DNA from: Clostridia bacterium
GTDB lineage: Bacteria; Bacillota; Clostridia; Christensenellales; Pumilibacteraceae
Reading direction: 5' to 3'
Length of the DNA: 54,982 bases
NCBI GenBank assembly: GCA_017396125.1
Contig: JAFQMX010000040.1
Coordinates: 1-54,982, forward strand
The notes under the pieces were generated by a model. The model was not told the origin of the DNA. It saw nothing but the letters and a program-made list of their open reading frames with translations, and ran no database searches. Positions within the stretch are counted from its first letter, which is position 1. Each line of letters opens with the position of its first letter. Shown here one piece after another: positions 26,350-34,657 of this stretch. A program made the position numbers and the translations under genes.

Positions 26350-27786
26350 TTGATAGAAAAAGCGGAGATTATGACAACTACCGCTACGCAAAGAGAGATT
26401 ATTACCAGGCTTCGCCTCGTGGAAAAAAGGCTGGCTGATTACAAAAGCAAAAACAGGTTGGAATTTTACAATAAGGACAAGGTGCACGAAAAGCAAATGC
26501 AGTTTCACCGCTCGACCAAGAAAAATCGCTGGGTGTTTGGCGGTAACCGCAGCGGAAAGACAGAGTGCGGTGCCGTGGAAGCGGTGTGGCGCGCAAGAGG
26601 TATTCATCCCTTTGACCAAAATCGCCACCAAGTGGACGGCTGGGTGGTGAGCCTGACCAGAGAGGTGCAAAGAGAGGTTGCGCAAAGAAAAATTTTGCAT
26701 TACCTCAACCCCGACTGGATAGAAAACGTCGTTATGGTAAGCGGTAGGGCGGATTACCCCGAAGGCGGTGTGATAGATTACATTACCGTCAAAACCGTTA
26801 CAGGAGGCAAAAGCAGAATTTGCTTTAAGTCCTGCGAGATGGGCAGAGAAAAATTTCAGGGAGCGTCGCTGGATTTCGTATGGTTTGACGAAGAACCACC
26901 CGAGGACATTTACGACGAGTGTCTGATGCGAGTTATGGACAAAAAAGGCTACGTTTTTGGAACAATGACTCCGCTAAAAGGCCTAACCTTTGTCTATTAC
27001 CGCATCTTTCTAAACGGCGACGACGAGGATATTTGGCATATCTCGATGGAGTGGGCGGACAACCCTTATCTTGATCAAAACGAAGTCAAGAAAAAGTCGG
27101 CAACTATGAGCGAGGACAGCTTGCTTAGACGAAGATACGGAAAGTTCGTGGGGGTTAGCGGACCCGTTTATCCGGAATTTGACCAAAGCGTGCACGTAAT
27201 CGAGCCGTTTGATGTGCCAAAAGATTGGTACGATAATATTTCGATAGACCCCGGACTCAGCAATCCGCTGTCCTGCCATTTCTACGCCCGCGACGGTGAC
27301 GGCAACGTTTACGTTATTGCCGAGCATTACCAAAAGGACAAGGACGTTTGCTATCATGCCGACAGGATAAAGGAAATTTGCGCTTTGCTAGGGTGGAAAA
27401 AGGATCGCTCGGGGAGAATAAACGCGCTTATCGACAGCGCCGCCAACCAACGCACACTTGCCTCTCAAAAAAGCGTAGCGGAGTTGTTTTTTGAGCAAGG
27501 AATTGCCGTTTGTCCCAAGGTTAACAAGGACGTTACTGCGGGAATCCACATCGTAAAGCGGTTTTTGGGCGAGAAAAAGCTGTTTATTTTCAAGACCTGC
27601 ACCAACATGATCCGCGAAATTAAAGGGTACGTTTGGGGCGAGGGCGAGTCGCCAAAAAAGGTGGACGACCACGCTATGGACGAGCTCAGATACTACCTCG
27701 CGTCGCTCGTGCCCAAGAAAAAAACGGAGAGTGAAATAGCGCGCGACAAACAAAAATTGCTTAAACACGGGAGGAAATATGGATGA
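26350..27786 (+). CDS. phage terminase large subunit
   Basis: Walker A GGNRSGKT, Walker B-like LDFVWFDEE, nuclease motifs SIDPG / LIDSAANQ / DDHAMDELRYY. TTG start 5 nt after AGGAGG. Confidence 0.85.
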   Translation: MIEKAEIMTTTATQREIITRLRLVEKRLADYKSKNRLEFYNKDKVHEKQMQFHRSTKKNRWVFGGNRSGKTECGAVEAVWRARGIHPFDQNRHQVDGWVVSLTREVQREVAQRKILHYLNPDWIENVVMVSGRADYPEGGVIDYITVKTVTGGKSRICFKSCEMGREKFQGASLDFVWFDEEPPEDIYDECLMRVMDKKGYVFGTMTPLKGLTFVYYRIFLNGDDEDIWHISMEWADNPYLDQNEVKKKSATMSEDSLLRRRYGKFVGVSGPVYPEFDQSVHVIEPFDVPKDWYDNISIDPGLSNPLSCHFYARDGDGNVYVIAEHYQKDKDVCYHADRIKEICALLGWKKDRSGRINALIDSAANQRTLASQKSVAELFFEQGIAVCPKVNKDVTAGIHIVKRFLGEKKLFIFKTCTNMIREIKGYVWGEGESPKKVDDHAMDELRYYLASLVPKKKTESEIARDKQKLLKHGRKYG

Positions 27787-28042
27787 ATTGTATGAGGCGG
27801 TGCGCAAAAAGGCTGTGGGGTACAAGGTTACGGAGACGGTTAGCGAGTACACCGCGGAGGGTGGGACACTGACTATGGTCAAGCAAAAGATTACCGAAAA
27901 GGAGGTTGCTCCCGACCTTGCCGCACTCAAAATGCTAAAAGACGAGTTTGGAGCGGAGTACGCCGATATGAACGAAGAACAGCTTTTGGCAGAAAAAAAG
28001 AGACTTTTAGATATGTTAAAGGAGGAAAACTATGAAGCTTGA
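27779..28042 (+). CDS. small phage protein (87 aa), possible small-terminase-like fragment
   Basis: Overlaps the TerL stop. SD GGGAGG. The GYKVTE...KEVAPDLAALKMLKDEFG segment is reminiscent of C-terminal parts of P27-type small terminases (recollection only). Confidence 0.4.
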   Translation: MDELYEAVRKKAVGYKVTETVSEYTAEGGTLTMVKQKITEKEVAPDLAALKMLKDEFGAEYADMNEEQLLAEKKRLLDMLKEENYEA

Positions 28043-28247
28043 AAAAAACACGCGAAAAATTAAATGCGAAATGGGCGCGTGCAAAAACAACGCCGATTAC
28101 ACTATTGGGCTCAAGCGCGTGGGACTAAAAAACAGTATTCACGTTTGCGAGGCGTGCCTAAAGGAGCTGTACGAGCTTACGGGCGCGTTGATTATTCCGA
28201 AAAGCGTGGAAACGGCTAAGGAAAAAAGGAGAAAAAATGGAAACTAG
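28032..28247 (+). CDS. small 4-Cys zinc-ribbon-like protein (71 aa)
   Basis: CEMGAC ... CEAC pairs. SD AGGAGG. 11-nt overlaps with both neighbours. Confidence 0.5.
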   Translation: MKLEKNTRKIKCEMGACKNNADYTIGLKRVGLKNSIHVCEACLKELYELTGALIIPKSVETAKEKRRKNGN

Positions 28248-29859
28248 AGAGCAGTACGAGGTTTTTGAGATAATTGACGACTTTCGCCGTCGCGCTGCAA
28301 AACGTGCGTCGCTTGATGCGGGCTGGAATCTCAATTACGAATTCGTAAAAGGCAAGCAGTTTAGCCGAATAAATCCCGATTTGTCGCTTTCGGAGAGCGA
28401 AAGGGATTTTTATTGGCAGCAGCGCACGGTGTACAACCATATTGCGCCTATCGTAGAGGCAAGACTGTCCAGACTTGCGCGCATCAATCCCGTTATGAGC
28501 GTGCGCCCGATTTCGGACGACGCGGACGATATCAGCGCGGCAAAGCTTTCGTCAAAAATTCTTTCGTCGCTCCGACACAAGCTGCAGTTTGATGAAAAAA
28601 TCAACGAAGGCACTATGTGGGCGGAAATTGTGGGTAGCATTTTTTATAAGGTAGTTTGGGACACCGAGGCAGGTGACGTTCTCGCTCTTGACGGCGAAAG
28701 CGCTTATCGGGCAGGCGAGGTGAGAATCGAGGTTTGCCCGCCGTTTGAGATTTATCCTGCTTCGCTCGAGCAGTCCACCATCGAGGAGCAAAGCAGTATA
28801 ATGCACGCAAAAAGCGTACCGCTAGCAGAAATTTTTGACCGCTGGGGCGTTTTGGTGGAGGGAAAAGACGGCTACGCGCTGGTTATCGAAAAGTACGAAA
28901 GACCAAGCGCCACTAATCCCAACGGACGACTTTGCATAGTGGCAGGCGACAAAATGGTATACAAGGGCGAGCTTCCGTACGTTATCGGTGAGGACGGAGA
29001 GAGGGCGTTACCTTTCGTTAAGCAGGATTGCTTGAAGAGCGCGGGCAGCTTTTTTGGCGTGTCGGTGGTGGACAGGCTTATTCCGCTCCAAAAGGCGTAT
29101 AACTCGGTAAAAAACCGCAAGCACGAGTTTCTTAACAGGCTGGCTATGGGCGTACTGGCGGTGGAGGACGGTAGCGTTGATATTGAGAATTTGGAAGAAG
29201 AGGGCTTGAGTCCGGGCAAAATTCTCGTCTATCGCATGGGCTCCACTCCGCCTAAGTTTCTTGACGGAGGCAACGTTCCTGAGGAGTTTAACGACGAGGA
29301 GGAAAAGCTACTCAACGAGTTCGTTACGGTGAGCGGTGTGAGCGAGATTTTGAGCGCAAGCGGAATTTCTTCGCGCATAACCAGCGCCACGGCTTTGCAG
29401 CTTCTTATCGAGCAAGAGGAGGAACGCATTAATCTTACGGCGGTTAACCAAAACAACGCGCTGATAAAAATTTCAAAATTTGCCTTGCGATTGTACAAGC
29501 AATTTGGCAAGAGCATGCGCCTGACTAAGCTCGTCGGAAAGACCAACGCGGCGGAGATTGTCAAGTGGAAAAATTCGGACATTGGCAGTGACGATATCGT
29601 ATTCGAAGCGTCGTCCAGCAGCTCGCACACGGCAAGAAGAGAGCTTCTTTTTGAGACGGTAAACGCGGGATTGTTTGACGGCGAGAGCAAAATTCCTGCC
29701 TCGACCAAGAGCAAGTTACTTGAAATTTTGGGATTCGGAAGCTGGGAATTTGCGGACGGTAGCGAAGATAGCCAAGCGAAACAAAAGGACGAAATGCCCC
29801 AAGATGCCACGCAGACAATGGCTACTAAGGCTGACGGCGAAAACAGCTCCGTGTCGTAA
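28237..29859 (+). CDS. phage portal protein
   Basis: 540 aa, immediately after the terminase block. Size, position and acidic C-terminus are typical of portals. SD AAGGAG. Confidence 0.7.
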   Translation: METREQYEVFEIIDDFRRRAAKRASLDAGWNLNYEFVKGKQFSRINPDLSLSESERDFYWQQRTVYNHIAPIVEARLSRLARINPVMSVRPISDDADDISAAKLSSKILSSLRHKLQFDEKINEGTMWAEIVGSIFYKVVWDTEAGDVLALDGESAYRAGEVRIEVCPPFEIYPASLEQSTIEEQSSIMHAKSVPLAEIFDRWGVLVEGKDGYALVIEKYERPSATNPNGRLCIVAGDKMVYKGELPYVIGEDGERALPFVKQDCLKSAGSFFGVSVVDRLIPLQKAYNSVKNRKHEFLNRLAMGVLAVEDGSVDIENLEEEGLSPGKILVYRMGSTPPKFLDGGNVPEEFNDEEEKLLNEFVTVSGVSEILSASGISSRITSATALQLLIEQEEERINLTAVNQNNALIKISKFALRLYKQFGKSMRLTKLVGKTNAAEIVKWKNSDIGSDDIVFEASSSSSHTARRELLFETVNAGLFDGESKIPASTKSKLLEILGFGSWEFADGSEDSQAKQKDEMPQDATQTMATKADGENSSVS

Positions 29860-29912
29860 ATTTCGCGACACGGATGCGAAAATTCGTGACCATGCAAACA
29901 AAATTTGCGACC
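29858..29912 (+). repeat. three 13-nt direct repeats with exact 21-nt period (AAAWTTYGYGACM)
   Basis: AAATTTCGCGACA (29858), AAAATTCGTGACC (29879), AAAATTTGCGACC (29900). In the portal-scaffold intergenic region. Confidence 0.85.
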
Positions 29913-29943
29913 AAATCAATAAAATTATTAAGGAGAAATAGCT

Positions 29944-30342
29944 ATGCAAGAAATTATCGAAAACCAAACTTCGATTTTTGACGCTGGAAACGAAACCGCA
30001 GTAGAGGATACCGCGGTAGAAGATGTCGCGCCAGAAATCACCGAAAACAAGGTTGATGCTCAAAATACTGGCGACTGCGAAGTACAACCAAGCGCCGAAA
30101 ACGAAAAAAAGTATTCGTCTATCGAGAGTCTTTTGTCGGACGAGGCTTTTTTGGAAAAAAACGTGTATGCCAACAAACGCATATGCGAGGAAATAATAGA
30201 CAGATACATTGTTTCGCTGAAAAACGGAATTCCCCCTAGAGTTATGGGTGCGGGCGGAAAAGGGGCCCCAACCGCAAAAGTACCCACCACTCTTAAGGAA
30301 GCAAAGTTGCTTGCCGAAATAATGTTTTCGAAAAACGACTAA
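29944..30342 (+). CDS. acidic scaffolding-like protein
   Basis: 132 aa. Strongly acidic N-terminal half, helical C-terminal half. Located between the portal and capsid genes. SD AAGGAG. Confidence 0.5.
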   Translation: MQEIIENQTSIFDAGNETAVEDTAVEDVAPEITENKVDAQNTGDCEVQPSAENEKKYSSIESLLSDEAFLEKNVYANKRICEEIIDRYIVSLKNGIPPRVMGAGGKGAPTAKVPTTLKEAKLLAEIMFSKND

Positions 30343-30420
30343 AATTGCATAAGCATTTTAATTTCAAAAAAAATCTCGTGCAATTAAAAAAACAAAAAAA
30401 TCAATCAAAAGGAGAAAATT

Positions 30421-31575
30421 ATGTTGACTTTGAATAATGCAGAAAATGCATTGAAAACCATTTATCTTGGAGCGGTAACCGATCTTCTTAACGTAAAGAC
30501 CAATCCGCTTCTTTCTAAAATCGAGCAGACCACTTCCGACGTTTGGGGCAAGGAAATAAGAAAAGCCGCAAAGTTCGGTATCAATGGCGGTATCGGTGCC
30601 GGTGACGAGGACGGCAATTTGCCTGCTCCGCATTCTTCCGAGTACGTACAGTTCGTTACTACCCTCAAGAACCTTTACGGTCAAATTGAGATTTCGGACA
30701 AGGCAATCAGAGCCAGTCAGGACGGAAGAGGAGTATTTACCGATCTTCTCAACAGCGAACTCGAGGATTTGCTCAACGCATCCAAGTTCAACCTTGGCCG
30801 TATGCTTTACGGCGACGGCACCGGAAGACTTGGCGTGTTTAAGACCACCGACGTAAACCCTTGTTACGTTTCCAACGTGCAAAACTTTACCGAGGGTCTA
30901 GTCGTAGACATTTATACCACGGCAGGAGTTATGGTGGATTCGGGCTTGGTAGTAACTAAGGTTGACCGCCAGGAAAAGACCGTTACCTTTAACCGTGAGC
31001 CACAGGGCATGGCTATCAACAACGGAATTTACGTTCAGGGTAGCAAGGGCAAGGAAATTACCGGTCTCGGCGCTATTTTTGGTAGCGGCGACCTTTACGG
31101 ACTAAGCCGTGACCAGTACAAGTGGCTTACTCCGTACAACAAAAACGTTGCGGACGTGTTGGACGAAACTATGATTCAGGAGGCGATTGACCATCTCGAA
31201 ATCACCGCAGGCTCTACCGTAGACTTTATTTCTTGCTCGGCTGACGTTAAGTATGCTTATCAGGAATACATGGCGCAGTACAAGCGCAATATCGAAATGA
31301 CCGAAATCAACGGCGGATTCAAAACCATGTCCTTCAACGGAATTCCACTCGTATACGACAGATTCGTGGGCGAAGGAACTATGTATTTGTTGGATACTTC
31401 TTGCTTCCACTTGCACCAGCTTTGTGATTGGAGATTCCTTGAGTCCGAAAACGGAAAGATTTTACGTCAGACTCAGGGCAAGCCAACCTATACCGCAACT
31501 CTTGTCAAGTACTGTGACCTTATTTGCGACAAGCCTAACGGCCAGGGCAGACTCATTAACATCATGAGAGCCTAA
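30421..31575 (+). CDS. HK97-fold major capsid protein
   Basis: 384 aa, positioned after the scaffold-like gene. Segments such as LYGQIEISDKAIRAS and RMLYGDGTGRLG resemble conserved capsid-family blocks. SD AGGAG. Confidence 0.7.
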   Translation: MLTLNNAENALKTIYLGAVTDLLNVKTNPLLSKIEQTTSDVWGKEIRKAAKFGINGGIGAGDEDGNLPAPHSSEYVQFVTTLKNLYGQIEISDKAIRASQDGRGVFTDLLNSELEDLLNASKFNLGRMLYGDGTGRLGVFKTTDVNPCYVSNVQNFTEGLVVDIYTTAGVMVDSGLVVTKVDRQEKTVTFNREPQGMAINNGIYVQGSKGKEITGLGAIFGSGDLYGLSRDQYKWLTPYNKNVADVLDETMIQEAIDHLEITAGSTVDFISCSADVKYAYQEYMAQYKRNIEMTEINGGFKTMSFNGIPLVYDRFVGEGTMYLLDTSCFHLHQLCDWRFLESENGKILRQTQGKPTYTATLVKYCDLICDKPNGQGRLINIMRA

Positions 31576-31577
31576 TT

Positions 31578-31898
31578 ATGGTGGGATGCGTCATAATAAA
31601 AAACGATCTCTTTGACATTGACAAAAGACTAAAAGAAATAGACCGCGGGTATTTCGCGGTCTATAATTTTAGGAAAAAGCGCTTCGAGGTGCATCACAGC
31701 GGACAAAAGCACACCTATTGTCTTACCGTTCCGTATGACACATTGGACGAGAGAACGGTAAGGCTGGTGCGAAAAACGCGACTTGAACGTATGGACGAGT
31801 TGCAAAAGGAGATCGAGCGTGAAAACGCTAAAAAGGAAAAAGAAATAAGAAATCAGGTAATTAAACAAGCCCAAAAGGCTGTTGAGGAGGTTTTATGA
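31578..31898 (+). CDS. phage structural-module protein, unknown (106 aa)
   Basis: Starts 2 nt after the capsid stop. Lys/Glu-rich C-terminal helix. No motif recognised. Confidence 0.45.
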   Translation: MVGCVIIKNDLFDIDKRLKEIDRGYFAVYNFRKKRFEVHHSGQKHTYCLTVPYDTLDERTVRLVRKTRLERMDELQKEIERENAKKEKEIRNQVIKQAQKAVEEVL

Positions 31899-32449
31899 CA
31901 GGGAAAAATTGCATAGCGACCGCCATGACTTACGCAGGCCTGGACGATATTAAAAAATCATATCTTTCAGCTTCGCCGTCCGAGCAAGCAACGGATACCG
32001 CGCAAAAGTTAAAGGTGTTTTTGCAGGGCGTGCTAAACGAAATTGCCATAGGCTTCGTGAAACTCAGCAAGACGGAAAAATTTGAGTTTGAGGGCGGAAT
32101 TTTGCCGTACCTTACCATAAATCCGCGACTTTACGAGGTGCTTTGTGTAAAGCACGGCAAACGAAAAATTTATCCGCAAAGGACCGCAGACGGACTTGCA
32201 CTGGACGGCGGCGAATACGAAATAACCTACTGTTATCTGCCAGAGGCGGAAGAGGAGCAAGATATTCCATTTGGCAGGCTGATTAGCGAGGAGTGCATAG
32301 CGTACGGGATTGCAAGCGAATACTTTTTGGCTATGGGCATGGCGGAGGAAGCTTCGGCCTTTGACCAAAAATTCCGCGCGTCGCTAAAAAACACCGTGGC
32401 TTATCACGCAAGGCCGGGTTGCATAAAAGAGCGAGCTTGGCTGTCGTAA
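31895..32449 (+). CDS. phage structural-module protein, candidate head-completion/adaptor (184 aa)
   Basis: ATGA overlap. SD GAGGAGG. Its size and its position after the capsid gene suggest a connector role (inference only). Confidence 0.4.
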   Translation: MTGKNCIATAMTYAGLDDIKKSYLSASPSEQATDTAQKLKVFLQGVLNEIAIGFVKLSKTEKFEFEGGILPYLTINPRLYEVLCVKHGKRKIYPQRTADGLALDGGEYEITYCYLPEAEEEQDIPFGRLISEECIAYGIASEYFLAMGMAEEASAFDQKFRASLKNTVAYHARPGCIKERAWLS

Positions 32450-32458
32450 GGAGGAAAA

Positions 32459-33736
32459 ATGAAATACTCTGGAAGAAAAAAGCTATACTTTAAGCCCGAT
32501 TTTACAAAAGGCGTGGATTACGGTAGGAGCGAGTATCGACAGGACGATGCGGCGGTGGATTTGAGCGGATTTGATTATGCGGACGGCTCGCTTAGGACGG
32601 GCTACGGAATAGTGGCTGGCGATTTAGTGGAGAGCGGAAGCAAGGGCGTTTGGATGTACCGAAAGGACGATACGGTTATGTGGGCAAAAGATGGCGTAGT
32701 AAAGTACACGGATGCGGACGGAAACACGCAAATTCTCGGCGGAATAAGCGTTTCGGGACAGACCTATGGCGTCAATCTCAAGGCCAAGGGAAAGGACACG
32801 ATAGTTATTTATTCAGAAAATGGCACGGTCTATTGGTGGGACGGAGAAAAGGCTCACGCTTCGACGTTGACGGAACCGATCGTCTCTGTGGAGGCGTTCG
32901 ATTCCAGAATTTTCGTTGCCGTCAAGGGTGACGAAAGACTTTTTTACAGTTCGCCGTACAACCCCGTGAACTTTACGGAAGAAGGCTTGGATATGTCGGG
33001 CGAGCAGGGCGCAATAAACAAAATTATTGCGTTTAGGGACGGACTGTATATGTTTATGGACTACGCGGTATACCGCATAACCAAAAGCGAAAGCTACGGC
33101 TACGGCGTTAATAAGCTTTATCTTGAGGGCGGGAAAATTTACGCCGACACGGCTTGCGTTTGCGGAAACACTATGATTTTTATGACGGACAGCGGATTTT
33201 ACAGCTTTGGTGGAAGTGCGCTTAAGCCCGTTATGAAGGAGATTTTTCCGCTTATCGACTCGTCACAGGGTGCATCAGCCGCTTACCACGACGGAAAATA
33301 CTTTTTGTCGGCAAAAACCACGGAGGGCACGGTGCTGGTGTGCTACGATTTTGAGCACGCCACCCTTACCAAGAATATCGGTGTGGGCAGGCTGTTTTGC
33401 ATAGGCGACAGGCTGTTTTGCTACACTAATTCCATGCTGGGTGAGGTTGTAAAAAACGGAAGCTATTACGGCAACCCGATTCCGAAAAGGTGGGTTTCGC
33501 CCACGATGGATTTCGGAACTTCGCGGCTAAAGTGCATACGCTCGGTGTGGTTAAGCGTGGAGTGCCCGATAACCTTTACCGTCAGCGTCGACGGAGTAAA
33601 ACACGAATTTGTTGCGGACCAAAACACTACCGAAATACGCATGAATTTGCGTGGCAAAAGGATATCGTTTTCGATTTTTGCGTCGGGGCTGGAGGCGCTC
33701 GTGCATCCGTTTACGGTATGCTACTCCGTGGTGTAA
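32459..33736 (+). CDS. phage structural-module protein, unknown beta-rich (425 aa)
   Basis: SD AGGAGG. Repetitive Gly/Tyr/Asp beta-strand-like pattern. Last large ORF of the structural block. Confidence 0.5.
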   Translation: MKYSGRKKLYFKPDFTKGVDYGRSEYRQDDAAVDLSGFDYADGSLRTGYGIVAGDLVESGSKGVWMYRKDDTVMWAKDGVVKYTDADGNTQILGGISVSGQTYGVNLKAKGKDTIVIYSENGTVYWWDGEKAHASTLTEPIVSVEAFDSRIFVAVKGDERLFYSSPYNPVNFTEEGLDMSGEQGAINKIIAFRDGLYMFMDYAVYRITKSESYGYGVNKLYLEGGKIYADTACVCGNTMIFMTDSGFYSFGGSALKPVMKEIFPLIDSSQGASAAYHDGKYFLSAKTTEGTVLVCYDFEHATLTKNIGVGRLFCIGDRLFCYTNSMLGEVVKNGSYYGNPIPKRWVSPTMDFGTSRLKCIRSVWLSVECPITFTVSVDGVKHEFVADQNTTEIRMNLRGKRISFSIFASGLEALVHPFTVCYSVV

Positions 33737-33968
33737 TTAACAAAATAAATTGCTTGGTCGAGGCGGGCGAAAATTGGGGAGAGAGGAGAACGGAAAAGAT
33801 GAAAAAGCAGATTTGCGACTTGCCCGAAAACGTGATAATGGATGTTGGAGTTTGGTAATAAAATAAAGAGACAAACATGGCGATGTCAAGTTTTTTCCAC
33901 TACGCTCCCCAAAATAATTGACATAAACAAAAAAAGTTCCCGCATTTTACGGGGACGAAGGAGGCAAA

Positions 33969-34184
33969 ATGTGGCAGGAAATTTTCAAAATCGCCTGCGG
34001 AGACGGACTGATAGCAGCGCTGTTTTGCGCCCTGTTTTTTTATCAGCTAAAGGACGCGAGAGAACGCGAAAAGAGGTACTGCTCGCTGGTGGGCGAGCTG
34101 ACCGAGAGGCTGAAAACGGTGGACAAAATCGAGCAGGCCTGCGCCGACATTCATTTGGAGTTGAGCCGTCGTACCTTGTTTTAG
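33969..34184 (+). CDS. BhlA/UviB-family holin-like peptide
   Basis: 71 aa. One TM (GLIAALFCALFFYQL) followed by KDAREREKRY and VDKIEQ, the pattern I recall for BhlA/UviB. SD AGGAGG. Confidence 0.65.
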   Translation: MWQEIFKIACGDGLIAALFCALFFYQLKDAREREKRYCSLVGELTERLKTVDKIEQACADIHLELSRRTLF

Positions 34185-34284
34185 ACGCGCACAGGTTTGA
34201 GGTGGAGCACGCGCTGTATTTTTATAAAAAGCTGCAGCGTCTCGTAAGAGGCTGAGTAGTTGAATTTACAGCTGTGGTTTACCG

Positions 34285-34380
34285 CGAAAAAATTGCAGAA
34301 CAAAAGACGGAAAATCGTAGTGATGTCGAAAAAATTGCGCGCTAAAAAAATTCGTGGCGATTCGGCAGAAAAAATTAAGT
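34285..34380 (+). repeat. cluster of A-tract repeats (CGAAAAAATTGC x2 exactly 42 nt apart, plus related copies)
   Basis: CGAAAAAATTGC at 34285 and 34327. GGAAAATCGT at about 34309, AAAAAAATTCGTGGC at 34344, AGAAAAAATTAAG at 34367. Confidence 0.75.
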
Positions 34381-34414
34381 AAAAAAAGACGATAAACGAA
34401 CGGGAGATTTTGAT

Positions 34415-34657
34415 ATGAAAAATTTGAGGAATAAGGCAAAAACCAAGAGCTTTTGGATGATGCTCGTGGCCGCGCTGATACTGATTTTGCGCGCGTTGGG
34501 GCTGGAGCTTGAGCAAGAGCTGACGAGAATTTGCGACGCGATTTGCGGATGCTTGGTGTCGGTGGGAGTATTGACCTCACCTTTGGGTGAGAGTGAAAAA
34601 ACAGTAGAGAATTTGCCCGCGGAAGGCGCTCAAACGCAAGTTGCTACGGACGAATAA
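34415..34657 (+). CDS. phage holin (phi LC3 / Phage_holin_1-like)
   Basis: 80 aa. KNLRNKAKTKSFWMMLVAALILIL ... LVSVGVLTSP matches the NWKxRLKNKxFW...lGvxxDP pattern of that holin family. SD GGGAG. Confidence 0.6.
   Translation: MKNLRNKAKTKSFWMMLVAALILILRALGLELEQELTRICDAICGCLVSVGVLTSPLGESEKTVENLPAEGAQTQVATDE

Noticed and set aside
33842-34255. 137-aa Arg-rich ORF overlapping the BhlA-like gene in another frame. The antisense ORFs 34181-34516 and 34266-34580 were considered alongside it.
   Set aside because: They have no SD and an extreme Arg/Gly or Phe/Ser composition. They overlap ORFs that have family-like patterns and good ribosome-binding sites.
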